Source of the DNA: an uncultured Gemmatimonadales bacterium | Lineage (GTDB): Bacteria; Gemmatimonadota; Gemmatimonadetes; Gemmatimonadales; GWC2-71-9 | NCBI GenBank assembly: GCA_963844035.1 | Contig: CAWJMT010000003.1 | Span: forward strand, 192,001-256,000 | DNA length: 64,000 nucleotides | Direction: 5' to 3' | In this document: positions 1-10,144 of the stretch, in pieces | Position numbering within the stretch: position 1 is the stretch's first letter | Layout of the letters: the number at the start of each line of letters is the position of its first letter | Made by a program: the position numbers and the translations under genes | Notes under the pieces: generated by a model | Seen by the model: only the letters and a program-made list of their open reading frames with translations | What the model was told of the DNA's origin: nothing | Database searches by the model: none

Positions 1-1
1 T

Positions 2-430
2 GCGGAACACGACAGCGCGCTCATTACGGCCCTGCAGGATGCCGATCAAAAGGTGGTGCGCCTGGCGCTTACCACGGTGCACCAGGGCTGTCCGGGGTCG
101 GTGGTCCCGCACGTGGCGCGCTGGGCGGCAGACGGCACGGCGCCGATCGATCTGCGCGTGCTCGCGATTCGTGCCTTGGGGGGATCAAAAGCGCCGTCGG
201 CGCGCGACGCGCTCCTCGACCTCACACACGGTGGGCGGACGCTGCTCGGCCGGGAGAAATTGCCGCCCAAGTCTCCCATGCTCATCGCCGCATTGCGGGC
301 CCTCGCGGCCGGTTGGGCCACCAACCCGGCGGCGCGGCGCGTGCTGGCCCGCGCCGGCGCGTCGTCGGACCCGGATATCCGCTCGGCGATCACCTCCCCT
401 CGCACACCGCCTCCGAGCGCTCATGAGTGA
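2..430 (+). CDS. HEAT-repeat protein, C-terminal part (5' end outside window)
   Basis: Frame +2 is open from the window edge (ALITALQDADQKVVRLAL...DPDIRSA, HEAT-like). Its end overlaps the start of the HD-GYP gene. Confidence 0.65.
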   Translation, partial: AEHDSALITALQDADQKVVRLALTTVHQGCPGSVVPHVARWAADGTAPIDLRVLAIRALGGSKAPSARDALLDLTHGGRTLLGREKLPPKSPMLIAALRALAAGWATNPAARRVLARAGASSDPDIRSAITSPRTPPPSAHE

Positions 431-1640
431 ACCGGCTGAATTCCTGACGGCGTTTGCCCAGGCGCTCGCCACCATGACCCTCTACGCCGAGGGCCATCCC
501 GCGCGCGAGCGCGCGATCGACCTGGCGTATCGCGAGCTGCAGGATCTGCAGGCGGACACGCCCCATCCGCTGTTCACGTTTTTGGGCGACGAGATCGTGT
601 TCGGCCGCCTCCCGCTCCGCGATCTCCGGGCGTGGGACTGGTCGCAGCGCCTGGCGCAGGCCGGGATTCAGCGTCTCGAGTTCGCCGACAACGTGGGACG
701 CGAGGAGTTCGAGGGGTTTCTCGACGAGCTCCTGGCCCGCCTGACGCTGTCGGCCATCGATACGTCCGAGCAGAACCAGATGCGGCGGTCGAGTATCCGC
801 TACGGGGCGGTCGGTGTGCGGGGGGATACCGAGTCCGAGCAGCAGCAGCCGCTCCAGACCGCCACGATCAGCTACTCCCTCGCGGAAGAAACCGACACGA
901 TGCGCTGGATGCATCACGAGGTGAAGGCCACCGGATTGCTGCCACTCGCCGAGGCCGAGGCCGTCGTGCGCTCGTTGTCGGTCGCCATGCACTCCGGACG
1001 CCAGCTCATGATCCCGCTGCTGCAGCTGAAGGAGTTCGATCAGTACACGACCACCCATTCGCTCAACGTATCCGTGCTCGCGATGGCCTTGAGCGAATTC
1101 CTCGGGTTGGGCGCGAAGGATACGCGGGCGTTCGGAATCGCCGGATTGTTACACGATCTCGGGAAGATCCGTATCCCCCTCGACGTGCTCACCAAGCCTG
1201 GCCGGTTCACGGAACAGGAGCGGCAGCTGATGAACCAGCATCCCTCCGACGGCGCCCGCATCATCCTCGGCGCCGCGGAGCGGCTCGACCTTGCGGCGGT
1301 GGTGGCGTACGAGCATCACATCATGCTGAACGGCGACGGGTACCCCGCGATGCGATTCCGGCGGGACTGCCATTTCGGGAGCAAGCTGGTGCACGTGTGC
1401 GATGTATACGACGCCCTGAGGACCACGCGCCCGTACCGCGATGCCTGGCCGCAGGAGCGCACCGTGGCGTATCTCGAAGGGCGGAGCGGCTTGGAGTTCG
1501 ATGCCGAGATCGTCTCCGCCTTTACGCGAATGATGCGGGAGCGGGAACCGCAGTTGGCAGTCATGCGCGACGAGAATGCGCCCTTAGAGGGGGCGCAGGA
1601 GCCGTCTCCTCCTTCCCCGGCACCGGTACCCCCGGCGTGA
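423..1640 (+). CDS. HD-GYP domain cyclic-di-GMP phosphodiesterase with uncharacterised N-terminal domain
   Basis: Motifs THSLNV, LLHDLGK, HHIMLNGDGYP, CDVYDAL and RPYR. ATG 423 preferred over the track start at 39. Confidence 0.88.
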   Translation: MSEPAEFLTAFAQALATMTLYAEGHPARERAIDLAYRELQDLQADTPHPLFTFLGDEIVFGRLPLRDLRAWDWSQRLAQAGIQRLEFADNVGREEFEGFLDELLARLTLSAIDTSEQNQMRRSSIRYGAVGVRGDTESEQQQPLQTATISYSLAEETDTMRWMHHEVKATGLLPLAEAEAVVRSLSVAMHSGRQLMIPLLQLKEFDQYTTTHSLNVSVLAMALSEFLGLGAKDTRAFGIAGLLHDLGKIRIPLDVLTKPGRFTEQERQLMNQHPSDGARIILGAAERLDLAAVVAYEHHIMLNGDGYPAMRFRRDCHFGSKLVHVCDVYDALRTTRPYRDAWPQERTVAYLEGRSGLEFDAEIVSAFTRMMREREPQLAVMRDENAPLEGAQEPSPPSPAPVPPA

Positions 1641-1699
1641 GCCCCCCTTCGCGGGGTGACTATGTTGTGCGACTGGGGTAACAAGCTCGGGAGGAAACC

Positions 1700-2092
1700 G
1701 TGGCGCGTTGGTCGTTCTGGATCATCTGCTTCTTATCGCTTACCGGTGGCCTGGTGGCCCAGACCACGGTCAAGCCCGGCCGCGTCCGTCTCGAAGGGGA
1801 TTGGCAGGCGAAAACCGACGACGGCATCCGGCACATCAGTGTCCGCGCCGACAGCTCGGCGCAGTTCGGCGACCAGGTGGCGCGCTGGCGGGTGGTCGGG
1901 GACAGCCTGTGGCTGACGCTGGGGGACGGCGTGTGGATGGTGTACGCCTACGCGGTCAAACAGGACAAACTGACGATCTCGGGGGGCGACCTCAAGAAAC
2001 CGGCGACGCTGCGTCGCGTGGGACCGGCCAGCGCGCGGCCCGACACCCTGACCATTCCGGAAGCACCGCCCGATACCGCGCGCGCCTGGTGA
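1700..2092 (+). CDS. Small secreted hypothetical protein (beta-rich)
   Basis: GGAGG RBS before GTG; signal peptide ending LVA-Q. Confidence 0.7.
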   Translation: MARWSFWIICFLSLTGGLVAQTTVKPGRVRLEGDWQAKTDDGIRHISVRADSSAQFGDQVARWRVVGDSLWLTLGDGVWMVYAYAVKQDKLTISGGDLKKPATLRRVGPASARPDTLTIPEAPPDTARAW

Positions 2093-2099
2093 TGCGCCC

Positions 2100-3983
2100 C
2101 TAGCTCTTCATCTCCCGTACGCTCGCGACGCGCCAGCCGATGGGCGTCTTGATGAACCGCATCTCCAGGGACGCACGCTCTTCCCGCTGAGCGCCGCCCG
2201 CCGCCGGCAAGAACCGGTACTCGGCGCGCACCGTCGCGCCGGCATTGCTCCCCTGCACGCGGATCGTGTCGGTCGCGAAGGTGGCTTCGAGCTTCGACGC
2301 CCGCCGGAAGAAACTCCGCCAGCTCGCCGCATCCCGCTCGGTCATCGAAGGAAACAACTGCTTCAGGTTGGTCACGCGCTCGCTGCCCACGGCGCGCGCG
2401 AGGTCGAGGAGCAGCACGCCGATCGCGGCGTGCGGGGCGTCCGGCTGCGGGCTTGGGGGTGCGACACCGGCGGCAACCCCGACGCGCTCCGCGTCCTGGG
2501 CGGCGGACGCCGCGAGCGGATAGTCCATCTCGGCATAGAGCGATTCCGCCCGCGCAAGCGACGTGGCGGCGCGGGTCGCCGCGTCGAGCGGCGTGGCGAG
2601 GCCTTTGACCACCGGCGTCGCGCGCGCGATCGCCAGCTCCGCCTCCTTGCGGAGCCGTTCGACCTCCGCTCGCGCCTTGCGGTACTGGGCCACGGCGCTG
2701 AGATAGGCGCCGGATGCACGGCTGTGGTCGCCACTGCGGATCCCCTGTTCGGCGGTCAGGAGCATGGTTTCCGCCAACACCCCGGCGGGCACGTTGTTCT
2801 TGATGGCGCCGACGCGTTCGCTGCGCTGCCGCGCTTTGAGTGCGGAGTCGCGCAACGCGACGAGCGTGCCGCTCAGGCCTTCGGGCAGAGGCGCGCCCAC
2901 CAGCTCGTTCAGCGTGGTCGGAGCGACGGGCGCTGGCTGGACCACGGGGTCCGCGGCCGGGGCGGGTGGGAGCGGCGCGGGTACCGCGGGCTGTGCCGTC
3001 TTCTGTGACAGGTAGATCAGTCCCACGACGCCCACCACCAGACCGGAAACGGCAGCGACCCGCCACCGCGGCGGCGTGCGCGTGACGAGTCGCAGCACGG
3101 GCGCGGGGAGCGGCATCCAGCGCGGGTTCAGGCGCTGCGTCGCATCCGTCGCGCCCGACAAGGCGGAGCGAATTCCGAGCAGCACCTGCTGCATCTGGCG
3201 GGCGCTGTGGTACCGATCCTCCGGCACTTTGCTGAGCGCCTTGGAGACCACGCGCTCGAGCGCTGCCGGGATCGACGGCGCCATGGTGCGGAGCGGTTTC
3301 GGCTCGGTCGTCAACACCTGGTAGAGCACGCCATGCACCGTGTCCCCCTCGAACGGCTTGTGGTAGGTCAGCAGCTCGTACAGCAGGCATCCCACGGAGA
3401 ACAAATCGGTGGCGGCCGTGATCGGTCCGTTGGTCACCTGTTCAGGCGCCATGTAGTTCGGCGTGCCCACGATCGCGCCCGAGCCCGTTGCATCGGCCGA
3501 CTGCAGCCGCGCGATGCCGAAGTCCATGATCTTCACCCGTCCATCGGCGGCGATGCGCACGTTGGACGGCTTGATATCGCGGTGAATGACGCCGCGTTCG
3601 TGCGCGTAGGTGAGCCCCTCGAGCACTTCGATCACCATGTCGAGTTTGCGCTCCAGGTCCAGCGGCTCCATGCTGGAGATCATGTCACTCAGGTCGCGTC
3701 CCTCTACCAGCTCCATGGCGATGTAGAGCTGGCCTTCGGCTTCGCCCAGGTCGTACAGCGTGACGAGGTTGGGATGCTGGAGCACGCCGGCAGCGCGCGC
3801 TTCGCGGAGGAAGCGCTCCCGCGCGTCAGTCGTCTTGCCGACAGGGGTGGGGAGAAGCTTTAGTGCGACGTAACGGCGGATGACTGTGTCGTATGCCTTC
3901 CACACGACTCCCATCGCACCTTCGCCGATGAGGTCGTGCAATTCGAACTTGCTGACGCGGCGATACCGTTCCGTCTTGGTCAC
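2100..3983 (-). CDS. Membrane-anchored Hanks-type Ser/Thr protein kinase
   Basis: GEGAMG, VALK, HRDIKPSN, DFG and YMAPE motifs, then a TM helix, Pro-rich linker and extracytoplasmic domain. Confidence 0.93.
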   Translation of the reverse strand: MTKTERYRRVSKFELHDLIGEGAMGVVWKAYDTVIRRYVALKLLPTPVGKTTDARERFLREARAAGVLQHPNLVTLYDLGEAEGQLYIAMELVEGRDLSDMISSMEPLDLERKLDMVIEVLEGLTYAHERGVIHRDIKPSNVRIAADGRVKIMDFGIARLQSADATGSGAIVGTPNYMAPEQVTNGPITAATDLFSVGCLLYELLTYHKPFEGDTVHGVLYQVLTTEPKPLRTMAPSIPAALERVVSKALSKVPEDRYHSARQMQQVLLGIRSALSGATDATQRLNPRWMPLPAPVLRLVTRTPPRWRVAAVSGLVVGVVGLIYLSQKTAQPAVPAPLPPAPAADPVVQPAPVAPTTLNELVGAPLPEGLSGTLVALRDSALKARQRSERVGAIKNNVPAGVLAETMLLTAEQGIRSGDHSRASGAYLSAVAQYRKARAEVERLRKEAELAIARATPVVKGLATPLDAATRAATSLARAESLYAEMDYPLAASAAQDAERVGVAAGVAPPSPQPDAPHAAIGVLLLDLARAVGSERVTNLKQLFPSMTERDAASWRSFFRRASKLEATFATDTIRVQGSNAGATVRAEYRFLPAAGGAQREERASLEMRFIKTPIGWRVASVREMKS

Positions 3984-4052
3984 AGGGTTAGGAATTCTGA
4001 ATCTTGTCCAATCTGTGCAGCATATGGCAGGGCGGCAACTGCGGCGGGCCCC

Positions 4053-5222
4053 TCAGCGGGTGGCCCAGTCGTACACACGTCCAAGAGCGGCGCTGGTCGG
4101 CGGGTCCACCGCCACGTCGCGGCGCGGGAGTACGCGCCCGGCGACGGTAAGAAACCCCTCCCGGGTGACCCGCGTCGTCGCCGTTCCTCCCCAGGCGAAC
4201 GGTGCGACGTACTTCGGGGGCCGCACGGTATCGAACACATTGGCGCCCGTCCCGACCACGGTGCCGGTGTCGAGCAGCGTCCCGGTCGCGGTCTTGGCGT
4301 GGTCCCCGATGAGGCTGCCGAGGTTCGTCAGGCCGGTCTGGATCGTCGCGCTGCCGACGCGGAGGCGCACCGGGCCGTAGGTGTTCTTGAGGTTGGACGT
4401 GATGGTGCCGGCGCCCAGGTTTGCCCAGCGTCCCACGACGGAGTGGCCGACGAACCCGTCATGCGCCTTGTTGGCGAACCCGAGGAATACACACGCGGTC
4501 ATTTCCCCCCGGATGGTGCAGCGCGGACCGAAGGCCGACGCGCCGATCCGGCCGCCGAGTAGCCTGGTACTCGGCCCCGCCCAGAGCGGTCCTTCGAGTC
4601 GCGTTCCCGCCATGACCTCGACGCCGGCCTCGAGCACGATCGCGCCCGCGCGCGCGTCGAACACCACGCCCGGCTCGACCGCGGCCCCGCGCAGCCACAC
4701 CGCGGCCGGGTCGCCCAACACGGTGCTGCCTCGGGGCACGGGATCACCGTCGCCGCAGCGCGCGGCCGCGTCCTCTCCGAGCAGGTGAGGCAGCGTGCGC
4801 ACCAGATCGTACACGCCGCGCAGCACCACGCCGCGCACGTCGACGCCCGAGGCGCCTTGCTGCGGCCCCTCCCAGGTCATCCCGGCGCCCACGCCCCAGC
4901 CCACCGTGACCCCGTCGCAGGTGAGCCGGAACGCGCCCGCAGGAAACGCCGGCGCGGCGCCCAGCGGGACGAAGGTGGACGATCCGATGAGCGCCGGCCC
5001 GGTGACGGGGTGCCGGTCCGTCACGGATGGCACCCCCGGCTCGATGAATCCGGCGAGGTGGGGCAGGGCGAAGATCTCGCGGGTCTCCGCGCCGAGGAAG
5101 CGCTCCCATCGTTCGCGCACGAGGTACGCGCCCGCGCGCAGCTCCGACAACGGACGGGCCCCGGCGAACGGCGCCCAGGCGGGCGTTGCCTCCGGGTCCA
5201 GCAGGTAGAGGGCGTGGGTCAC
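4053..5222 (-). CDS. GlmU-like putative sugar nucleotidyltransferase with hexapeptide-repeat domain
   Basis: PFAGARPLSELRAG N-terminal motif; NKAHDGFVGHSVVGRWANLGAGT left-handed beta-helix. GTG start overlaps the manC stop. Confidence 0.8.
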   Translation of the reverse strand: MTHALYLLDPEATPAWAPFAGARPLSELRAGAYLVRERWERFLGAETREIFALPHLAGFIEPGVPSVTDRHPVTGPALIGSSTFVPLGAAPAFPAGAFRLTCDGVTVGWGVGAGMTWEGPQQGASGVDVRGVVLRGVYDLVRTLPHLLGEDAAARCGDGDPVPRGSTVLGDPAAVWLRGAAVEPGVVFDARAGAIVLEAGVEVMAGTRLEGPLWAGPSTRLLGGRIGASAFGPRCTIRGEMTACVFLGFANKAHDGFVGHSVVGRWANLGAGTITSNLKNTYGPVRLRVGSATIQTGLTNLGSLIGDHAKTATGTLLDTGTVVGTGANVFDTVRPPKYVAPFAWGGTATTRVTREGFLTVAGRVLPRRDVAVDPPTSAALGRVYDWATR

Positions 5223-6229
5223 AGGTCTTGCACGAGCTGTTTCAGTCGATCGGCGCGGCCGGTCGGCATGACCAGGGTGTGCCCGTTGGCCCGCACGACC
5301 ACCATGTCCTCGACTCCGGTGACGGCGAGGTGCTCGCTCTCCGACCAGATGACCGATCGCTTGACGTCCTCGCCCACCGTCACATGGCCGACGATCACGT
5401 TGCCGCGTGCATCGGTGCGCCGGATGCGCAGCAGCGCATCCCAGGAGCCGATGTCGTCCCAGCGGAATCCGCCGGCGACGACGGCCAACCGCTTGGTCCG
5501 CTCGAGTACCGCGACGTCCACCGCCGCCGGCCGTACCGCACCGAAGAATCCGGGAATGTCGCCCGCGGCGAGCGCGGGCCACCCCGATTTGAGCTCGCGG
5601 GCGTACGCGCCGGCTTCGCCTAGAAAGCGCGCCACCCCCCAGGCGAATAGCCCGGTATTCCATAATGCCCCCCGCTGCCGCAACAGGGCCGCGCGCGCCG
5701 CCCGCGGCTTCTCGACGAAGCGACGCACGGTGCGCGCGGTGCCGAGCGGCTTGCCGGGAACGATGTACCCGTACCCCGACTCATTGCGGGTGGGTTTCAC
5801 GCCGACGGTGACGAGGACGTCGTATTCCTCCGCCACGCCCAGCGCCGTGCGGGCGGCGCTGCGGAAGGCGCGGTCGTCGCCCACGGCCCAGTCCGCGTGG
5901 AGCGAGAGCATGTGCGCGCCGGGGTCCTGGTGCGAAATCCAGTCGGCGGCCCAGACGAGGGCGGGCGCCGTGGAGGCCGCGCGCGGCTCGCCGAAGATCT
6001 GCGCCCGCGGCACTTGAGGGAGCAACGCAGCGATCTGATCGGCCAGGGACGGGGAGGTCAGGATCACGATCCGCTCCGGTGGCACGAGGCCGTCCAGGCG
6101 GTTCACTGCCTGAACGAGCAGCGGCCGGTCTCCGGCGAGCGGCAGCAGTTGTTTCGGCCGGTCGGGCAGGGACAGCGGCCAGAACCGCGTGCCGCTCCCC
6201 CCCGCGAGGATCGCTGCCCAGACGCTCAC
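5219..6229 (-). CDS. manC: Mannose-1-phosphate guanylyltransferase
   Basis: ILAGGSGTRFWPLS...PKQLL, GYGYI, FVEKP, WNTG, WDDIGSW. Confidence 0.9.
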   Translation of the reverse strand: MSVWAAILAGGSGTRFWPLSLPDRPKQLLPLAGDRPLLVQAVNRLDGLVPPERIVILTSPSLADQIAALLPQVPRAQIFGEPRAASTAPALVWAADWISHQDPGAHMLSLHADWAVGDDRAFRSAARTALGVAEEYDVLVTVGVKPTRNESGYGYIVPGKPLGTARTVRRFVEKPRAARAALLRQRGALWNTGLFAWGVARFLGEAGAYARELKSGWPALAAGDIPGFFGAVRPAAVDVAVLERTKRLAVVAGGFRWDDIGSWDALLRIRRTDARGNVIVGHVTVGEDVKRSVIWSESEHLAVTGVEDMVVVRANGHTLVMPTGRADRLKQLVQDL

Positions 6230-6654
6230 GGCACGTACCCCGATCGCGGTGGCGTCACAGGCGGAGCAGGCGCCGCGGCGGGCAGCAGTGCGTCGATCCT
6301 TGCGACGAGCTTGGTGGGACTGAAGGGCTTGGTAAGCAGCGCGGCGCCGAGCAGGCGGACGGCTTCATGAACGCGGTCCTCGTCTTCGCCGGTCAGGACC
6401 AGCACGGGGAGGGCGCGGTGCTCGGGGGTGGCGCGCAGCTGGCGCAGCCAATCCAGCCCCGATCCATCGGGCAAGTGGAGGTCGAGCAGCAGTACATCGA
6501 CCGGGGCCGCCGGTGCGGCAAGCGCCGCACGGGCCGCCGTCAACGTACGGGCCAGGCTCACACGATAGTTCAGGTGCTCGAGATGCGGGCGCAGCAGGAG
6601 CCCGATGTGGGGTTCATCGTCCACGACGAGGATGTGCCGCGACGCAGACGCCAC
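6226..6654 (-). CDS. Single-domain response regulator (receiver)
   Basis: ILVVDDE, phosphoacceptor in LLLDLHLPDG, TKPFSP. Confidence 0.88.
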   Translation of the reverse strand: MASASRHILVVDDEPHIGLLLRPHLEHLNYRVSLARTLTAARAALAAPAAPVDVLLLDLHLPDGSGLDWLRQLRATPEHRALPVLVLTGEDEDRVHEAVRLLGAALLTKPFSPTKLVARIDALLPAAAPAPPVTPPRSGYVP

Positions 6655-6666
6655 GAATTGGGGCGA

Positions 6667-7020
6667 TTAGAGCAGCCGCGCGATGGCCGTGCGATGGCGG
6701 CGGAGATCGTACAGCAACGCTCCAACGTTGGTGGACGGCTGTACCAGCACGATCAGTAGGCAGTCGGAGTTGAGGACGCTGATGACCGCGATGCCGGCGC
6801 CGAACTCCAGCACGCCGGTGTCGAACTCGCCTCGTTGGCCGGCGTGACCGAGTTGGGCCAGACCGTTGATCGCCGAGGGCAGGAGTGCAGCGACGCTCTC
6901 GGGGTCCGTGCCGTTGGCCGTCCGGGCATCGATCGGGAGCCCGTCGCGGCCTACTACCACCACGGCATCGACCCCAGCGCGCCGGCTCAGCGCCTCGACA
7001 ACATCCCGGATCGTCGCCAC
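6667..7020 (-). CDS. Roadblock/LC7 (MglB-like) domain protein
   Basis: GVDAVVVVGRDGLPI...GVLEFGAG pattern, ~117 aa. TAGCTT box 7 nt before GTG 7020. Confidence 0.82.
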   Translation of the reverse strand: MATIRDVVEALSRRAGVDAVVVVGRDGLPIDARTANGTDPESVAALLPSAINGLAQLGHAGQRGEFDTGVLEFGAGIAVISVLNSDCLLIVLVQPSTNVGALLYDLRRHRTAIARLL

Positions 7021-7108
7021 GGCGGCCAAGCTAGACCTGGCCGAGAGCGAAGTCAAGCTGGGATCATGGGTTGACCCACGTGGCATGCGCCGGGTAGTTT
7101 CCCGCCGA

Positions 7109-7690
7109 ATGTCTCCCCTCTGCCGCTCCGCGGCTTTTCTCATTGCTATCATCGGCCTGGTCTGGTCCGGCGCGTGCAAGTCGCCGCAGGAACTGCCCAA
7201 CGCGTCGGTTGTGAACAGGGTGGACACCGTCACGCTGTATTCGCTCAGCGGGACGCCGGTCGGTACGCCGTCCGGGTATTCCCTCGTCGGGCCGGTGATC
7301 ATCGACGTCGGCGTACCCCCCCTAGTCCCCGGGGAATGGTTCGACTTCGCGTTCAACATCGACTCCCAGCCCGTGCTGTTGCCGAGCGGCACATTTCCGG
7401 GACTTCCCAACGTCGCGGGGCTGCAGGTGTCCAACGCGACGGCGTTCCCGGCGATAACGCTCGCGCCGGTCGAGGGCTACGTGATCGACAAACCCCTGGT
7501 GATCAGCGTCGGGATGCTGGTGCTGGTGCGGTCGCGCAACTTTCTCTGCAGCGACGGAACCAACCATTCGTTCTATGCCAAGCTGCACGTGCTGGGCATC
7601 AACCTGCAGGCTCGCACCGTGACGTACGAGGTCATGGTGAACCTGAATTGCGGCTACCTCTCGCTCAAGCCCGGCCTCCCCGAAGAGTAG
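7109..7690 (+). CDS. Hypothetical lipoprotein
   Basis: Hydrophobic signal ending SGAC (lipobox-like), followed by a beta-rich mature region. Confidence 0.72.
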   Translation: MSPLCRSAAFLIAIIGLVWSGACKSPQELPNASVVNRVDTVTLYSLSGTPVGTPSGYSLVGPVIIDVGVPPLVPGEWFDFAFNIDSQPVLLPSGTFPGLPNVAGLQVSNATAFPAITLAPVEGYVIDKPLVISVGMLVLVRSRNFLCSDGTNHSFYAKLHVLGINLQARTVTYEVMVNLNCGYLSLKPGLPEE

Positions 7691-7694
7691 GACC

Positions 7695-8981
7695 GTGATC
7701 GATCTCAAGCTCCTGCGCACCTCGCCAGACCAGGTGCGCGCCGCGCTCGCACGCCGCGGCGATCCTGGGGTCGGGAAACTGTTGGACGAGCTCGAGGCGC
7801 TCGACATCCGGCGCCGCACGGTCACCGGCCAGCTGGACCAGATCAAGGCGGAGCGCAACGACGCGGCCCGCGCCGACGCCAAATTGATGAAAGAGCAGGG
7901 CGCGATCCCGCCCGACGTGCTGGCCCAGCGCAAACAACTCGGCGCCCGCATCAGCGCACTCGAAGGCGAGCAGCGCGACATCGAAGCGACCCTCGAAGCC
8001 AAGGGCCTGTTCGTTCCCAACCTGCCCCTTCCCGACCTGCCCGATGGAGACGCATCGGGTAACCGGATCGTGCGCACCTGGGGTGCGCCCGCCCCCGCCG
8101 GCGGACGGCCGCACTGGGAGATCGGCGAGCGGCTGGGGATCATGGACCTGACGCGGGGAGCGAAACTGTCGGGCTCTGGCTTCCCGGTGTTCGTGGGCAG
8201 CGGCGCCAAACTGGTGCGGGCGCTCATCAATTTCATGCTCGACCTCCACGGGCGCGAGCACGGCTACGTGGAAGTCGAACCGCCCTTCGTCGTGCGACGC
8301 GAGACCATGCAGGGGACCGGACAGCTTCCCAAGTTCGAATCCGAAGCGTACCGCACCACGCCGGACGAGCTGTACTTGATCCCCACGGCCGAGGTGCCGC
8401 TCACCAACCTGCATCGCAACGAGATCATCGACGGCGCGCTGTTGCCGTTCGGGTACACGGCCTACACCCCGTGCTTCCGGCGCGAGGCGGGCGCGGCCGG
8501 GAAGGACACGCGGGGACTGCTGCGCGTTCACCAGTTCGATAAAGTCGAGCTGGTGCGATTCTGCGCCGCCGCCGATTCGCCGGTCGAGCACGAGAAGCTC
8601 ACGGCGCACGCCGAAGCGGTGCTCCAGCGGCTGGAGCTGCCGTACCGCGTGGTGCTGCTCGCCGCGGGGGATGTGGGGTTCGCGAGCGCCAAGACGTACG
8701 ATCTCGAGGTGTGGGCTCCCGGGGTCGGGCAGTGGCTCGAAGTCTCGAGCTCGAGCACGTTCACCGACTTCCAGGCGCGGCGCGCGAATATCCGTTACCG
8801 CCCACGCGCGGGTGAGAAGCCGGAGTTCGTGCACACGCTGAACGCATCCGGTGTGGCCCTGCCACGCACTATCGCCGCGCTGCTCGAGACCGGCCAGCGG
8901 CCCGACGGATCGGTCTCGCTCCCACTGGCGCTGGCTCCTTATATGGGGGCCGATCGCCTCGCGCCGGTCGGTGGCGCGTAA
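7695..8981 (+). CDS. serS: Serine--tRNA ligase
   Basis: N-terminal coiled coil, [14 protein letters not shown]...[24 protein letters not shown]. Confidence 0.97.
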   Translation: MIDLKLLRTSPDQVRAALARRGDPGVGKLLDELEALDIRRRTVTGQLDQIKAERNDAARADAKLMKEQGAIPPDVLAQRKQLGARISALEGEQRDIEATLEAKGLFVPNLPLPDLPDGDASGNRIVRTWGAPAPAGGRPHWEIGERLGIMDLTRGAKLSGSGFPVFVGSGAKLVRALINFMLDLHGREHGYVEVEPPFVVRRETMQGTGQLPKFESEAYRTTPDELYLIPTAEVPLTNLHRNEIIDGALLPFGYTAYTPCFRREAGAAGKDTRGLLRVHQFDKVELVRFCAAADSPVEHEKLTAHAEAVLQRLELPYRVVLLAAGDVGFASAKTYDLEVWAPGVGQWLEVSSSSTFTDFQARRANIRYRPRAGEKPEFVHTLNASGVALPRTIAALLETGQRPDGSVSLPLALAPYMGADRLAPVGGA

Positions 8982-10144
8982 CGGCCGACTGAGCCGCGCG
9001 GGTCCCCCGGCCGTCCTCGGGCTGGCACTACTCCTGGGGACCCTGTCAGCCGGCTACACCTGGGTCATGGTGCGCCACCTGCGGGACGACGCCCGCGAAA
9101 CGGGACGGCTGCTCGGCCGCGCCTTCGTGGGGCTGAACGACCCGCGCCCCGACGCGGCCACCAACGCGCTCCTGGACCTCGCGACGCAGGCGCGCGCGCT
9201 CGGCATCCCGATCGCCGTTACCGATGATTCGGGACGCATCACGGCGATGGACAACGCCCCCGCCGACCTGGCGCACAGCACGGACACGGCCCGACTGCGG
9301 CAATGGATCGAGCAGCTCGACGCGATCGACCCGCCCGTCGTACAGCCGGGCGTCGGCACCATTCACTACGGCGTGCTCCCGGAAAGGCGCCGTGTCATCC
9401 TGCTCGCCGGACTGCAGGCGGTGCTGTTCCTGTGTCTCGCCACGCTCGCGGTGTGGGCCTATCGCGCACAGGTGGCCGGCACGCGCGATCGGCTCTGGGT
9501 GGCGATGGCGCGGGAGTCGGCGCATCAGCTGGGCACGCCGCTGATGAGTCTCACGGGATGGATTGGATACCTGCGGGAGAATCCCGATACGCCCGGCCGG
9601 GAGTTGATCGCCCATCTTGAAGCGGACGCGGAGCGTCTGGAGCGGGTCGCCAAACGGTTCGAGCGCATCGGGCGCATCGCCGGGAAAGAGCGCGTCGCAC
9701 TCGGTGCGGTGGCCGAACGGGTGGTCGCCTATTTCCGCCCCCGGCTCCCGACGCTCGCGAGCGCCGTCACGCTCGATCTCGCCGCCTCGGGGCCCGGCCC
9801 GTGGACGTTGGGCGATCCCGTGCTGGTCGAGTGGGCCTTCGAGTCCCTCATCAAGAACGCGCTCGACGCGCTGAGCGGACGCGGCGGTCTCATCGCCGTG
9901 CGGGTCGAGGCGGTGGGGGGAGCGGCGCGCGTCACCGTGCGCGACGACGGCCCCGGTGTGTGCCCCCGAAGTGCGGGCTCGACTGTTCGAGCCCGGGGTG
10001 TCCACGAAGCCGGGAGGGTGGGGACTTGGCCTGGCACTCACGCGGCGCATCGTGGAGCAGCAACATGGGGGACGCGTGCACTACCGCCCGGCGTCCACCG
10101 GCAGCGAGTTCGTGCTCGAATTCCCGATAGTCGCGTCCTCATGA
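8971..10144 (+). CDS. Membrane sensor histidine kinase (frameshift near 9960)
   Basis: Two TM helices, H-box [13 protein letters not shown]-box IKNALD and [13 protein letters not shown] and GWGLGL continue in the shifted frame. Confidence 0.87.
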
